DNA of 64,000 nt from an uncultured Candidatus Saccharibacteria bacterium (GCA_965231045.1 OZ246406.1:386208-450207); one strand, 5' to 3'. Shown: positions 25,271 through 35,805, counted from the first letter of the stretch. A program made the numbers and translations. The notes: a model not told the origin generated them from the letters alone.

Positions 25271-25330
25271 ATGAAGACATTAAAAACAACTGGCGTATTT
25301 TTCGCTCCTATGCGTGAGTGCGTCCTTTAA
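25271..25330 (+). CDS. Candidate 19-codon leader ORF (MKTLKTTGVFFAPMRECVL)
   Basis: AAGGAG SD 8 nt upstream of the ATG, about 35 nt downstream of the promoter, 66 nt upstream of the first ABC exporter gene. Confidence 0.35.
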   Translation: MKTLKTTGVFFAPMRECVL

Positions 25331-25396
25331 TTCTCGATTACCTAAATCAAAACATTCAACCTATAAACATATCAATTAAAAGCAGCGGAGACTGCA

Positions 25397-27181
25397 ATGA
25401 GTAAACAACGAAGTATCAATATTGATATTCTCAAACAATTCTGGCGATTCACTAGGCCTAACAAGCTGCTCTTTTGGGTAAGTACTATTGGTGCTGCCCT
25501 TGCTGTGGTTATTCAAAATGTCTTACCGCCCTTTGTTGTAGCCAAAGCGTTTAACCGACTGCAGTTTTTGTATGGCAATCATCAAGCTATCTATTTTAAG
25601 GATTTCTTGCCTTACATTTTGCTATATGCCGGATTACTATTTACTGGTTTTGTTATTTGGCGTGTACAGGTCGTCAGCACATGGGTGTACGAAACTTACG
25701 CCATGCAAAGAATCATGGATCATATCTTTAATCACCTACAGCACCAAAGTAGTCGTTTTCATGCCGATAGGTTTGGTGGTGCCCTTGTATCTCAAAGCAA
25801 TAAATTTGTTGGTGCTTATGAACGAATAATGGATGACTTCACTTGGAGTGTCACACCTAGTGTTTCAGCTTATGTAATTTCGGTTGGTATTTTATTCTTT
25901 GTAAATCCGCTCTATGCCATAGTACTAATTCTGTTTACAGCACTCTACTTCTTAATTATGTACAAGAGGATGCGTAAGCAGATGCCCCTTGACCGAGCGC
26001 TTGCCTCTAGTGAAAGTGATCGGACGGCTAAACTTGCTGACAATATTACTAATGTCGCTACGGTTCGGGCTTTTGCTGGCGAAAAGCAGGAGTCTGCTAT
26101 CTTTCATAAACAGACCACCATTACTGCCAATAAAAACTTTGTTTTACTCCGAGTTGCTGCCATAAATGATCTTATTGCCCACTCGGGAACTATGACAATG
26201 AACATATTGGCATTTTCATTCGGATTAATAGCCGTGACCGTATTTAATGCGCCTGTTGGTGTTTTATATTTAGCACTGACCTATACGCTAGCGATTGTCA
26301 TGAACTTATGGGAATCTCGAAGAATCATGCGGAACTTTAACCGTGCGATGGGTGACGCTAACGACATGGCTGAGATAATGAAAATTACGCCTGAGATTCG
26401 TGATCTCGATAATCCTGACGTACTCAGAGTTAACAAAGGTGCTATTGCGTTTGACAACGTGACTTTTAGCTACAAAGACAATAACACTTCTGAAGTTTTC
26501 AAGAACTTGTCATTTGAGCTTAACGGTGGAGACAAAGTTGGTCTAGTCGGCCCGAGCGGTGGTGGCAAGACAACTATCACAAGCCTTCTGCTTCGCTTTG
26601 CTGATATTCAAAAGGGCTCCATCAAAATTGACGGTCAAGATATTTCTAAGGTGGCCCAAGAAGATTTGCGTAGTTACATTGCATATGTACCCCAGGATCC
26701 TTTAATGTTCCATCGCACTATCGCCGATAACATACGTTACGGAAATCCTGAGGCAACTCAGCACGAAGTGGAAGCGGTTGCTAAATTAGCGCATGCTCAT
26801 GAGTTCATTAAAGATATGCCCGACGGTTACAAAACGTTGGTCGGAGAGCGTGGTATCAAGCTCAGTGGTGGTCAACGTCAACGTATTGCAATTGCGCGGG
26901 CTATGCTTAAAGACGCCCCGATTTTGGTTCTAGATGAAGCAACAAGTGCTTTGGACTCCCAAAGCGAAAAGCTAATTCAAGATGCTCTTTGGAAACTTAT
27001 GGAAGGTCGAACTTCCCTGGTAATCGCCCACCGTTTGAGTACCATCCAACATATGGATCGCATTATTGTTCTAGATAATGGTAAGGTTGTCGAACAAGGT
27101 AATCATAAGCAATTACTCGCTAGAAAAGGTCTTTATGCTAAACTCTGGGCTCACCAGTCAGGAGGCTTCCTTGAAGACTAA
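25397..27181 (+). CDS. ABC exporter, fused permease/ATPase (type I exporter half-transporter)
   Basis: Six-TM N-half. Walker A GPSGGGKTT, signature LSGGQRQR, Walker B ILVLDEATSALD, H-loop AHRLST. Confidence 0.9.
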   Translation: MSKQRSINIDILKQFWRFTRPNKLLFWVSTIGAALAVVIQNVLPPFVVAKAFNRLQFLYGNHQAIYFKDFLPYILLYAGLLFTGFVIWRVQVVSTWVYETYAMQRIMDHIFNHLQHQSSRFHADRFGGALVSQSNKFVGAYERIMDDFTWSVTPSVSAYVISVGILFFVNPLYAIVLILFTALYFLIMYKRMRKQMPLDRALASSESDRTAKLADNITNVATVRAFAGEKQESAIFHKQTTITANKNFVLLRVAAINDLIAHSGTMTMNILAFSFGLIAVTVFNAPVGVLYLALTYTLAIVMNLWESRRIMRNFNRAMGDANDMAEIMKITPEIRDLDNPDVLRVNKGAIAFDNVTFSYKDNNTSEVFKNLSFELNGGDKVGLVGPSGGGKTTITSLLLRFADIQKGSIKIDGQDISKVAQEDLRSYIAYVPQDPLMFHRTIADNIRYGNPEATQHEVEAVAKLAHAHEFIKDMPDGYKTLVGERGIKLSGGQRQRIAIARAMLKDAPILVLDEATSALDSQSEKLIQDALWKLMEGRTSLVIAHRLSTIQHMDRIIVLDNGKVVEQGNHKQLLARKGLYAKLWAHQSGGFLED

Positions 27182-28946
27182 AAAAACTCCTAAAAATCAT
27201 GCAGCACTGAAGTCTTTTTTTGCATACATGCGCGGTCACAAGCTTAAGTTCGTAATTGTAATGAGCAGTTTCTTTGTGGCAAGCGTACTGTTGGCGCTTG
27301 TACCAATTTATATTGGTAAGTTAACCGGAGCTTTAGCGCATAATCCAGTTCAGAAACATGAAGCCATTATTTTTACGATAACTCTTATTGCACTAAGTAC
27401 TGGGCATAATCTTACTTGGCGGCTTAGTGAATACTTATATTTGAAGCTTATAAAACCGATGAGCTATTTATATGAGAATATGCTTTTTGAAAAAACCATT
27501 CGTCAGCCATACCCCTACTTTGTCGATAAATTTACTGGAAAGATGTCTTCGTACATAAGAACGATCAGTCAGGAGTTTCATGATTTTCTTGATAACCTTT
27601 GCTTTAACTACATCGCTCAGTTTGTGGGCTTTATTGCGCTGGCAGTGATTTTGGCATCAATTAACTGGCAGACGGGTGCAATTTTTGCATTTGGGGCTCT
27701 GGGAATAGTCTTGGTCGGTAAGCTAGCACTAGAAAATAGTACTGAAAAAGAACGAATTGCTGCAGATGTACAATCAACAAAAAACGGAAAGATTGTTGAT
27801 ATAGTTGCTAACTTCGTAAATGTAAAGTCATTCAGAACAGAATCAGTCGAGACCCAAACTGTCAAAGAAGAGCAACAAAAGACTATAGAAAGTGCCAGTA
27901 AATCTTATGTTGCAGAAGTAATACTCTGGGCATCAACATCATTTTTTGTACGTGATTTAATGTGGCCTCTGACTATTAGTCTTAATGTTTATCTTTTCTT
28001 ACATGGCCAACTAACTATTGCTCAGCTGGCAACGATGCTATCAGCAATCTTAATATTTACCACAACAATTTGGGATACTATTTGGTTTACCTCTCAATTT
28101 AACCTCAAGATGGCTCGTGCCGAAGAAGCACATTCCTATTTGTTTGGTCAACAAATCTTACAAGATGTCAGCGTCCCTATTGATAACCCCGACATACCAA
28201 AGTTTGAACATCAATTTACTATGCAAAATTTACACTTTGCATATCCAGATAAGCCAGACGTGCCAGTTTTATCAGATATTAGTTTATCTATTAAAAAGGG
28301 TGAGAAAATCGGCATCGTCGGTAAAAGCGGTAGTGGCAAAACAACCCTTACAAAATTGCTGCTTGATTATTACAAAATTGACAAAAATGAGCTAGAGATT
28401 GACGGCAAACCGATTTCAACTGCTGAAATTGCGCAACTAATTTCATATGTTCCACAAGATACTAGTCTATTTCATAGAACCATAGCCGAAAACATTGCTT
28501 ATGCAGCTAAACGTACAGTTTCACAAAGTGAAATTGTAAAAGCTGCCAAGCAAGCACATGCCCATGAATTTATTGACCAAATTAGCAATAAGTATGAAGC
28601 CTTAGTCGGTGAACGAGGAGTTAAACTATCGGCTGGGCAACGGCAACGTATCGCCATTGCAAGGGCATTTTTGGACGACAAACCGATCCTAATTTTGGAT
28701 GAAGCCACAAGTGCATTAGATAGTGAAAGCGAAATCTTAGTCCAACAAGCCTTAGAGGCACTATGGGAACACAAAACAGTTATTGCCATAGCGCATCGTT
28801 TATCCACACTCAGACAAATGGACCGCATTATTGTACTTGAAGATGGTAAAATTATCGAAGAAGGTAGTCATAAGAAACTCCTAGATAGTAAGGGTCACTA
28901 TGCGAAATTGTGGGCACATCAAAGTGGTGGATTTTTGGAGGACTAA
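27171..28946 (+). CDS. ABC exporter, fused permease/ATPase (paralog; probable heterodimer partner)
   Basis: Walker A GKSGSGKTT, signature LSAGQRQR, ILILDEATSALD. Start proposed at TTG 27171, 5 nt after AGGAGG (tracked ORF from 27078; ATG 27135 is an alternative). Confidence 0.9.
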   Translation: MKTKKTPKNHAALKSFFAYMRGHKLKFVIVMSSFFVASVLLALVPIYIGKLTGALAHNPVQKHEAIIFTITLIALSTGHNLTWRLSEYLYLKLIKPMSYLYENMLFEKTIRQPYPYFVDKFTGKMSSYIRTISQEFHDFLDNLCFNYIAQFVGFIALAVILASINWQTGAIFAFGALGIVLVGKLALENSTEKERIAADVQSTKNGKIVDIVANFVNVKSFRTESVETQTVKEEQQKTIESASKSYVAEVILWASTSFFVRDLMWPLTISLNVYLFLHGQLTIAQLATMLSAILIFTTTIWDTIWFTSQFNLKMARAEEAHSYLFGQQILQDVSVPIDNPDIPKFEHQFTMQNLHFAYPDKPDVPVLSDISLSIKKGEKIGIVGKSGSGKTTLTKLLLDYYKIDKNELEIDGKPISTAEIAQLISYVPQDTSLFHRTIAENIAYAAKRTVSQSEIVKAAKQAHAHEFIDQISNKYEALVGERGVKLSAGQRQRIAIARAFLDDKPILILDEATSALDSESEILVQQALEALWEHKTVIAIAHRLSTLRQMDRIIVLEDGKIIEEGSHKKLLDSKGHYAKLWAHQSGGFLED

Positions 28947-30752
28947 ATGTCTGAGGTAACTGAATCTATTCCGCTCAAAAGAAATATCGGCTTAAGCCTT
29001 CGTATGTTCAAAGTAGCTCTGCAGATTCGCCTCAGTGCTGTATTGATTTATTTTTGTGGAGCGATTCTAGAAATCGGTGGTTCAATTGCGATTATTTATG
29101 CGTCTGCAAAACTCGGAGCCTTGCTGGCAAATTTTGTGGCAACTGGCAGCACAAAAGATATTTGGCTGTGGGTATGGGCGGATATATTGGCAACCGTGAT
29201 AACATCGCTGGGCTTCTTCTTTATGTCATACGGCAAACGATTGCTGTATTTTGCTTACGTTCGCTGGTCTACGAATGGCTTCTTGACTACTCTATGCCGC
29301 ATTGATATTGCTGACTTTTACTCAAAAAATATTCGTAACAATATCAACAAAGTTGGGGCTGGTTATATTTGGCAAATGCCTAATCTATCTGATGCAAATC
29401 TTGATCTGGTGTATGGTGTTTTGCGTTTTGTCGCAATAACAGTTGTTGTGTCGCAAATTACCTGGTGGATAGTGCCATTGATCGCCCTATTTTTAATTCC
29501 AAGTTTAATCGGCGAAGGTCGTTTGGCAAAACTCCAATGGTTCGTTTGGGATACAAAGGGTGACCAACGACATGTCTTTTGGGGGCTCGACAACATCATC
29601 AAAAAAGCCAAGGGCCAAATGGAACTGCGGAGTTCGCAGGCCACAAATTATGTTCTGCATAAAATCGATAAAATGAATGACGTCTTCTATAAAGAGCAAG
29701 AAGGAAAATATCGCAAAGCGAATAAGGTTCTTGTCTTGACTAAAATTTTAGAAGTTGCCGGCACAGGCATAGGCTCAATAGTACTAGTTAAGCAGTTGCT
29801 GGCTCGCGCTATTTCACTAGAGCGTTACTTCTTCTTATCAGGAGCGTTAATTCGAATTGGTGGTGCACTTAATAACATTTTTGGAACGCTTACTCGAATG
29901 CAAGAAGGATTACTGTTTGCTGATAGCTACTTTGCACTCATTGATCGTCAACCGAGACTTGTTGATGAACTCCATGCTCCAGCTTTAACAGACAAGAAGG
30001 CACCGGAAATTGTTTTTGAGAATGTAAGCTTCACCTACCCTGGTCAACATAAACCGGTATTTACAGATCTAAATCTTGAGATTAAAGCTGGTGAGCATAT
30101 TGCAATTGTTGGCGAGAATGGTGCCGGTAAAAGCACCTTAATCAAGCTGCTACTTAGGTTTTATCAACCAACTAGTGGTCGAATATTAATAAATGGGCAA
30201 GATTTGCAAACCATCGAAATCGACAGTTGGTATACACAATTAGCAACTCTATTCCAAGAGTTCAATCAGTACCCACTACCGATTGATGAAAATATTGAAA
30301 TCGGCCGAGCTGATAAACAGGGTGATAAAAGTCGTTTGAATAAGGCTGCTGAACTTGGTGGAGTTGATGAAATGGTTAAAGATTATGAACACGGTTGGGA
30401 CACAGTACTTGATAGCAGTTTCAAAAAAGGCATAGAACCGAGCGGAGGCCAATGGCAGCGTGTTGCATTGGCGCGGGCATTTTATCGCCAAGCTAAGCTC
30501 ATAATTTTGGATGAACCAACATCGGCAATTGATGCCCAGGCTGAGTATAAAATATTCAACTCAATTTTTGATCAATACAAAGATAAATCAGCCCTGATTG
30601 TTAGCCACCGGTTTAGCACAGTTCGTCGAGCCGATAGAATTATCGTAGTTGATAGCGGTAAGATTATTGAGGAAGGTAGCCATCAGGAATTGATGAAGCA
30701 AAAAGGTTTATATCACGACTTGTTCAGCAAACAAGCCGAAGGCTATAAGTAG
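28947..30752 (+). CDS. ABC exporter, fused permease/ATPase (third, more divergent)
   Basis: Walker A GENGAGKST, signature PSGGQWQR, IILDEPTSAIDAQ, SHRFST. The ATG follows the upstream TAA directly. Confidence 0.9.
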   Translation: MSEVTESIPLKRNIGLSLRMFKVALQIRLSAVLIYFCGAILEIGGSIAIIYASAKLGALLANFVATGSTKDIWLWVWADILATVITSLGFFFMSYGKRLLYFAYVRWSTNGFLTTLCRIDIADFYSKNIRNNINKVGAGYIWQMPNLSDANLDLVYGVLRFVAITVVVSQITWWIVPLIALFLIPSLIGEGRLAKLQWFVWDTKGDQRHVFWGLDNIIKKAKGQMELRSSQATNYVLHKIDKMNDVFYKEQEGKYRKANKVLVLTKILEVAGTGIGSIVLVKQLLARAISLERYFFLSGALIRIGGALNNIFGTLTRMQEGLLFADSYFALIDRQPRLVDELHAPALTDKKAPEIVFENVSFTYPGQHKPVFTDLNLEIKAGEHIAIVGENGAGKSTLIKLLLRFYQPTSGRILINGQDLQTIEIDSWYTQLATLFQEFNQYPLPIDENIEIGRADKQGDKSRLNKAAELGGVDEMVKDYEHGWDTVLDSSFKKGIEPSGGQWQRVALARAFYRQAKLIILDEPTSAIDAQAEYKIFNSIFDQYKDKSALIVSHRFSTVRRADRIIVVDSGKIIEEGSHQELMKQKGLYHDLFSKQAEGYK

Positions 30753-30828
30753 ACCATTATAACCCCCTGGGTTGGGTTGTTTCTTGATAAAATCACCTAC
30801 AAATAAATAACATAAAAAGCGAGCATTC

Positions 30829-30888
30829 TAGTTTTAGCAGCGTCAGGCGAAGTGCAGGGCTTTAGCCCGAAACGCACTGCTAAAACTA
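30829..30888. terminator. Long compound hairpin between convergent ABC and L25 genes
   Basis: 12-bp perfect outer stem TAGTTTTAGCAG/CTGCTAAAACTA enclosing GGGCT-TT-AGCCC. No clean U-tract on either side. Confidence 0.4.
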
Positions 30889-30901
30889 TGTATGCGAGCG
30901 A

Positions 30902-31564
30902 CTATTCTTCTTCGGAAGGTTCTTTACTCTCGCCACCCTCAGATGATTCACCTTCTTCACCTTCAGCTGCTTCCTCAGCCTCAGCTTCTTCAGACATTTG
31001 AGCCTTGGTTTCTTCAACGGTCGCAATTGGGTGTTCAGCTTCGGTCAATATTTCGATGCCAGCTGGTACTTTAATGTCGGCCACAGTAATCTTGTCGCCA
31101 ATCTCGGCTAGACTACTTGGGTCGACGGTTAGCTCATCGACAAGATCTTTTGGTAGAGCCTCAATTTCAACGGCATCGAGCTGGCGAATAACCATGAGAC
31201 CGGCTTTCTCGGCTGGAATTTCGGCATCCTCGACAAAGTGTATTGGCACTTCTGTCTTTTGTTTCTCGTCTTGTTTGATGGCGTTAAACACAACGTGGCG
31301 CAGTTGATTTTTCTTAGGTTCAAAATCAACACTCCTGATCAAAGCCATATATTTTTTGTCACCAACCTGTATCATAACTGGGTGGTGCTTTCCAGCTTGC
31401 TTATAAACTTTTAGAACTTCAATAGCAGGCCCGCTAACAATAACGGATTCCTGGCCATGATTATGTATGACCGCAGGTGTCTGACCCTCACGACGTAACT
31501 TATTTAGACCTTTACCCACCACATCACGCTTCTCTAGCGTTAGTGTAATAGTGTCTTGACTCAA
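30902..31564 (-). CDS. rplY: 50S ribosomal protein L25/general stress protein Ctc
   Basis: N-terminal L25 fold (KLRREGQTPAVIHNHG), Ctc-type extension and acidic tail. TTG start with GGAGGG SD. Confidence 0.9.
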   Translation of the reverse strand: MSQDTITLTLEKRDVVGKGLNKLRREGQTPAVIHNHGQESVIVSGPAIEVLKVYKQAGKHHPVMIQVGDKKYMALIRSVDFEPKKNQLRHVVFNAIKQDEKQKTEVPIHFVEDAEIPAEKAGLMVIRQLDAVEIEALPKDLVDELTVDPSSLAEIGDKITVADIKVPAGIEILTEAEHPIATVEETKAQMSEEAEAEEAAEGEEGESSEGGESKEPSEEE

Positions 31565-31602
31565 CTGATACCCTCCGTACGTTTTGGTAAATTAATACTT
31601 AT

Positions 31603-31611
31603 ATTATAGCA
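31603..31611 (-). promoter_or_regulatory. Extended -10 element TGCTATAAT for rplY
   Basis: Minus-strand TGCTATAAT about 38 nt upstream of the TTG start; weak -35. Confidence 0.45.
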
Positions 31612-31641
31612 TAATTGTTATCAAATTTTTAGGCATAAATT

Positions 31642-31650
31642 TGCTATAAT
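31642..31650 (+). promoter_or_regulatory. Extended -10 element TGCTATAAT for dedA (leaderless-type spacing)
   Basis: TATAAT ends 8 nt before the ATG at 31659 and no SD is possible. Confidence 0.5.
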
Positions 31651-31658
31651 GAAACAGC

Positions 31659-32309
31659 ATGTTTAGCCCAGAACACATTATCCAAAGTGGTGGCCTAATT
31701 TTAGTGGCGGCTATTGTTTTTGCTGAGTCAGGTTTATTGGTTGGGTTCTTCTTGCCCGGTGATACATTATTATTCGCTGTGGGCTTAGCTGCATCTCTAG
31801 GGCAACTTCCTTTAGTTCTTACAATTGCCATTCTATCAGCAGCCGCAGTTATTGGTGACAACGTCGGATATAGTATCGGTCGGCGCATGGGTCCACGCTT
31901 ATTCAAGAAAAAAGATAGCTTGTTTTTCCAACATGAGCATATCGAACGAGCTGAACGTTTCTATGAAAAACACGGTGGCAAAACAATAATTATGGCTCGT
32001 TTCACCCCAGTTGTTCGTACTTTTGCACCAGTCGTAGCCGGTATAGGTAAAATGGATCGTAAACGTTTTATGGGCTTCAATATCGTCGGCGGCGTACTTT
32101 GGTGTACAACCATGGTTTTACTTGGCTACTATTTAGGCAGCAAGATTCCTCACCTTGATAAATACATAGAATGGGTACTACTTGGCGTGGTTGTCTTAAG
32201 CCTGGGGCTATCTTTTGCTCACATAGTCAAAGAAAAAAAATCTCGTGATATTCTAAAAGCCAAGTTTAAAAACGCTTGGAGTACTGTTTTTCTTAATCGA
32301 AAAGTCTAG
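31659..32309 (+). CDS. dedA: DedA/SNARE-associated family membrane protein
   Basis: VFAESGLLVGFFLPGDTLLF and ARFTPVVRTFAPVVAG motifs. Confidence 0.85.
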   Translation: MFSPEHIIQSGGLILVAAIVFAESGLLVGFFLPGDTLLFAVGLAASLGQLPLVLTIAILSAAAVIGDNVGYSIGRRMGPRLFKKKDSLFFQHEHIERAERFYEKHGGKTIIMARFTPVVRTFAPVVAGIGKMDRKRFMGFNIVGGVLWCTTMVLLGYYLGSKIPHLDKYIEWVLLGVVVLSLGLSFAHIVKEKKSRDILKAKFKNAWSTVFLNRKV

Positions 32310-32667
32310 CACGGCCCATTGAAGGGTGCGAAAACTTAGCAATGTCTCGATATGGGTTTTTGTGCATTAAAACTGTTGCGAGTACATGCAAAGTGTCTGT
32401 ATCAGGCGATTGCAAATTTGCAGCGATAATTCTAGTTGCATCTCGCCAGTTGTCTGTATCTACGGCACCTGTTGGCTCAATATTGTAATCTTCGAGTGCT
32501 CTTTCGTATAAGCCTTTGGCAAGCATAGCAGATTGCCCACTTTCTTCGGCTACAGCGTAACAACCAACAACAATATTTCGTTCGCCAATTACTTCAAGTT
32601 TGGGTGTATGGGCAACTGCTCGTTGCTCAGCAAACACTTCTAGGGAGCTCTCAGCAAAAGATTTCAT
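32293..32667 (-). CDS. Hypothetical protein (124 aa)
   Basis: ORF 2 nt downstream of uvrA; no family recognised. Its 3' end overlaps the convergent dedA by 17 nt. Confidence 0.5.
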   Translation of the reverse strand: MKSFAESSLEVFAEQRAVAHTPKLEVIGERNIVVGCYAVAEESGQSAMLAKGLYERALEDYNIEPTGAVDTDNWRDATRIIAANLQSPDTDTLHVLATVLMHKNPYRDIAKFSHPSMGRARLFD

Positions 32668-32669
32668 CG

Positions 32670-35480
32670 CTATAATAATTTCTTTAAAAATTGGCCAGTG
32701 TAGGAGTCTTTGACTTTGGCAACTTGTTCAGGGGTACCTTCAGCAATAACACCCCCACCACCGGCACCACCTTCTGGCCCCATATCAATTAGATGATCAG
32801 CCGATTTGATTACATCCAAGTTGTGTTCAATGATAATCATGCTGTTACCAGCCTCAACAAGTGCATGCAAAACTTGTAAAAGCTTTTCGACATCAGCAAT
32901 ATGCAAACCAGTCGTTGGTTCATCGAGTATGTATAAAGTTCGTCCTGTGGCACGTCTAGAAAGCTCGGTTGCAAGTTTGATACGCTGTGCCTCACCGCCA
33001 CTAAGAGTGGTAGCCGGCTGGCCAAGAGCAATGTAGCCAAGACCAACATCAACTAAAGTTTGTAGTTTGCGCGCTATTGCTGGCACATTTGAGAAAAACT
33101 CTAAGGCTTGTTCGCAAGTCATTTCTAGAACATCGCTAATTGTTTTACCTTTGTAGTGGATCTCTAAGGCTTCGCGATTGTAGCGCTTGCCCTTACATTC
33201 CTCACATGGCACATAAACATCGGGCAAAAAGTGCATCTCGATTTTGATAATTCCATCGCCGGCGCAGTTTTCACAGCGACCGCCTTTGACATTAAAGCTA
33301 AACCGACCAGGGCTATAACCGCGAACCTTAGCCTCTGGCACGCTAGCAAACAACTCTCTAATAGGCGTAAATAGCCCTGTATAGGTTGCAGGATTAGAAC
33401 GTGGCGTGCGACCAATTGGTGATTGGTCAATGATAATCGCTTTGTCCAAATGCTCTATACCCTGGATTTCGTCGTGTCGGCCCGGCACGGTATTTGCGCG
33501 GTGTAATCTAGCAGTTAATTCCTTGGCCAAAATATCATTAATGAGTGAGGACTTGCCAGAACCCGAAACCCCACTAACTACAACGAGTTTTCCGAGTGGA
33601 ATCGACACATCAATGTTTTTGAGGTTGTGTTCATTAGCACCTTTAACAACTAGTTCCTTGCCATTACCCGCACGTCGCTTACTAGGTGTTTTTATGGATT
33701 TTGAGCCACGCAGGTACTGACCAGTGATACTCTTTTCGACTTTGGCCACATCACTCGGATGCCCCTCCGCTACTATCTCGCCACCATGTATACCAGCACC
33801 AGGGCCAATATCTATAAGATGATCGGCTGTACGAATAGTCTCCTCGTCATGCTCAACAACAATAACTGTATTCCCCAGATCGCGTAGGTGTTTCAGGGTG
33901 TTTATAAGCCGGTCGTTATCACGCTGATGTAAGCCAATTGATGGCTCATCCAAAACATACAAAACGCCCATTAGCCCTGAGCCAATTTGAGTTGCTAAAC
34001 GAATTCGCTGGGCCTCACCGCCAGATAGTGTTACAGCACTACGCGCCAGCGACAAATAATTCAAACCAACATCCACCAAAAACGATAGTCTAGCGTTTAC
34101 TTCCTTAAGGATTTGCTTAGCGATATGGGCTTCTTTATCGCTAAGTTTTAGTTTATTCATAAATACTAGTGCATCGTCGATTGATAATTCACAAATGTCC
34201 ATGATAGATTTATCGGCAATAGTTACGGCTAGCACTTCTGGCTTAAGTCGTCGCCCATTGCAGGCGTGACACGGTCGTTCTTGCATAAAACGCTCGATAT
34301 CTCGGCGCATAAAGTCACTCTCGGTTTCTTTGTGACGTCGTTCAAGATTTGGAATAACTCCTTCGTAAGTTGTCTCAAATGCTCGTCCACCACCAAGGCT
34401 AACCCGGAATTTTTCGTTGCCTGTTCCATATAACAAAACATCAATATCTGATTGTTTGAGCTCACCAGTTGGAACATGCAAACTAAAACCATAACGATCG
34501 GCTACGGCCTGCATCTTTTTCATGTACCAAGCATCGGTATTTACTCTGTTATATGGACGGATTGCGCCTTCAGCAATAGTCAAACGTCCATTTGGAATCA
34601 CAAGTTCGGGGTCAACCTCCAGCCGGCTGCCAAGTCCAGTACAGGTTGGGCAAGCACCGTGTGGTGAGTTAAAACTAAAGGTCCTTGGCTCCAACTCCGG
34701 AATGGCTACATCAGGGTGATCAATACAGGCGTACATAAGACTATGTGATGCATCATATTTAGTATCGGCATTATGAACCGTGAGTTTGCCGTCAGCAATA
34801 TCCAGTGCTTGTTCAACGGATTGAGTTAAACGTCCTCGGCTGTCTTCGTTATTTACTAAACGGTCAACAACAATTTCAATAGTGTGTTTTTTGGCCTTAT
34901 CCAGCTCTGGGAATTCATCTAGTGCATAAATAACATTATCAACTCTTGCCCGGGCAAAACCGGCACGCATATATTGTTCTGGAATATGTTCAAAAGCTCC
35001 CTTTTTATCGATAACTACAGGGGCCAAAATGATAAGTTTAGCGTTTTCAGGATTGCCGGCTACTTGATCAACAATTGCCGCTGTTGTTTGACGAGCAACT
35101 GATTTTCCGCAAACTGGGCAGTGCGGTACACCGATGCGGGCAAATAACAATCTCAGGTAATCATAAATCTCGGTTACCGTCGCGACGGTCGAGCGAGGAT
35201 TACGACTAGTTGATTTTTGATCAATGCTAATTGCTGGGCTAAGCCCGTCTATCTGATCAACATCGGGTTTTTCCATCAAGCCTAAGAACTGTCTGGCGTA
35301 TGAGCTTAGACTCTCTACGTAACGACGCTGTCCTTCGGCGTAAATAGTGTCAAAAGCCAGGCTTGACTTCCCTGAGCCAGACAAACCAGTTATTACGACA
35401 AGTTTTTCTCGAGGAATGGTAACATTGACGTTTTTGAGGTTGTGCTCACGAGCACCTTTGACAATAATATTCTCACTCAT
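32670..35480 (-). CDS. uvrA: Excinuclease ABC subunit A
   Basis: 936 aa. Two ABC modules ([18 protein letters not shown]; two LSGGEAQR signatures) and Zn-finger Cys clusters. Confidence 0.95.
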   Translation of the reverse strand: MSENIIVKGAREHNLKNVNVTIPREKLVVITGLSGSGKSSLAFDTIYAEGQRRYVESLSSYARQFLGLMEKPDVDQIDGLSPAISIDQKSTSRNPRSTVATVTEIYDYLRLLFARIGVPHCPVCGKSVARQTTAAIVDQVAGNPENAKLIILAPVVIDKKGAFEHIPEQYMRAGFARARVDNVIYALDEFPELDKAKKHTIEIVVDRLVNNEDSRGRLTQSVEQALDIADGKLTVHNADTKYDASHSLMYACIDHPDVAIPELEPRTFSFNSPHGACPTCTGLGSRLEVDPELVIPNGRLTIAEGAIRPYNRVNTDAWYMKKMQAVADRYGFSLHVPTGELKQSDIDVLLYGTGNEKFRVSLGGGRAFETTYEGVIPNLERRHKETESDFMRRDIERFMQERPCHACNGRRLKPEVLAVTIADKSIMDICELSIDDALVFMNKLKLSDKEAHIAKQILKEVNARLSFLVDVGLNYLSLARSAVTLSGGEAQRIRLATQIGSGLMGVLYVLDEPSIGLHQRDNDRLINTLKHLRDLGNTVIVVEHDEETIRTADHLIDIGPGAGIHGGEIVAEGHPSDVAKVEKSITGQYLRGSKSIKTPSKRRAGNGKELVVKGANEHNLKNIDVSIPLGKLVVVSGVSGSGKSSLINDILAKELTARLHRANTVPGRHDEIQGIEHLDKAIIIDQSPIGRTPRSNPATYTGLFTPIRELFASVPEAKVRGYSPGRFSFNVKGGRCENCAGDGIIKIEMHFLPDVYVPCEECKGKRYNREALEIHYKGKTISDVLEMTCEQALEFFSNVPAIARKLQTLVDVGLGYIALGQPATTLSGGEAQRIKLATELSRRATGRTLYILDEPTTGLHIADVEKLLQVLHALVEAGNSMIIIEHNLDVIKSADHLIDMGPEGGAGGGGVIAEGTPEQVAKVKDSYTGQFLKKLL

Positions 35481-35625
35481 AAGTCGATTAATTATACAGA
35501 AAAACAGAGATATTTTCTAGTCTCTGACACCTAGTAACTATTAAATAGCATAACCATTACAAGAATATTGTTGACATAATAGCAAATAGATGTAAAGTAT
35601 AGTTAAAGATAACCAGAGGTGGCTT

Positions 35626-35805
35626 ATGCTAGACTTCATCGTTCTCGGCGATATTCCAGGTACACATTTACAGATCACGTTTGCGTGGGTTGTATTCTTT
35701 GTACTCGTCGGGCTAATCACAGTTGATTATAAGATTCATCGACATCACAAAAATACCGAAGCGCGGGCAGAACGTGTGGAAGTTATTCGCCCTGGTCAGG
35801 TATAA
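35626..35805 (+). CDS. Candidate 59-aa single-TM protein
   Basis: GAGGTGG SD 5 nt upstream of the ATG. MLDFIVLGDIPGTHLQITFAWVVFFVLVGLITVDYKIHRHHK.. Preceded by TTGACA-16-TAAAGT. Below the track cutoff; overlaps the sbcB 3' end by 23 nt. Confidence 0.45.
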   Translation: MLDFIVLGDIPGTHLQITFAWVVFFVLVGLITVDYKIHRHHKNTEARAERVEVIRPGQV

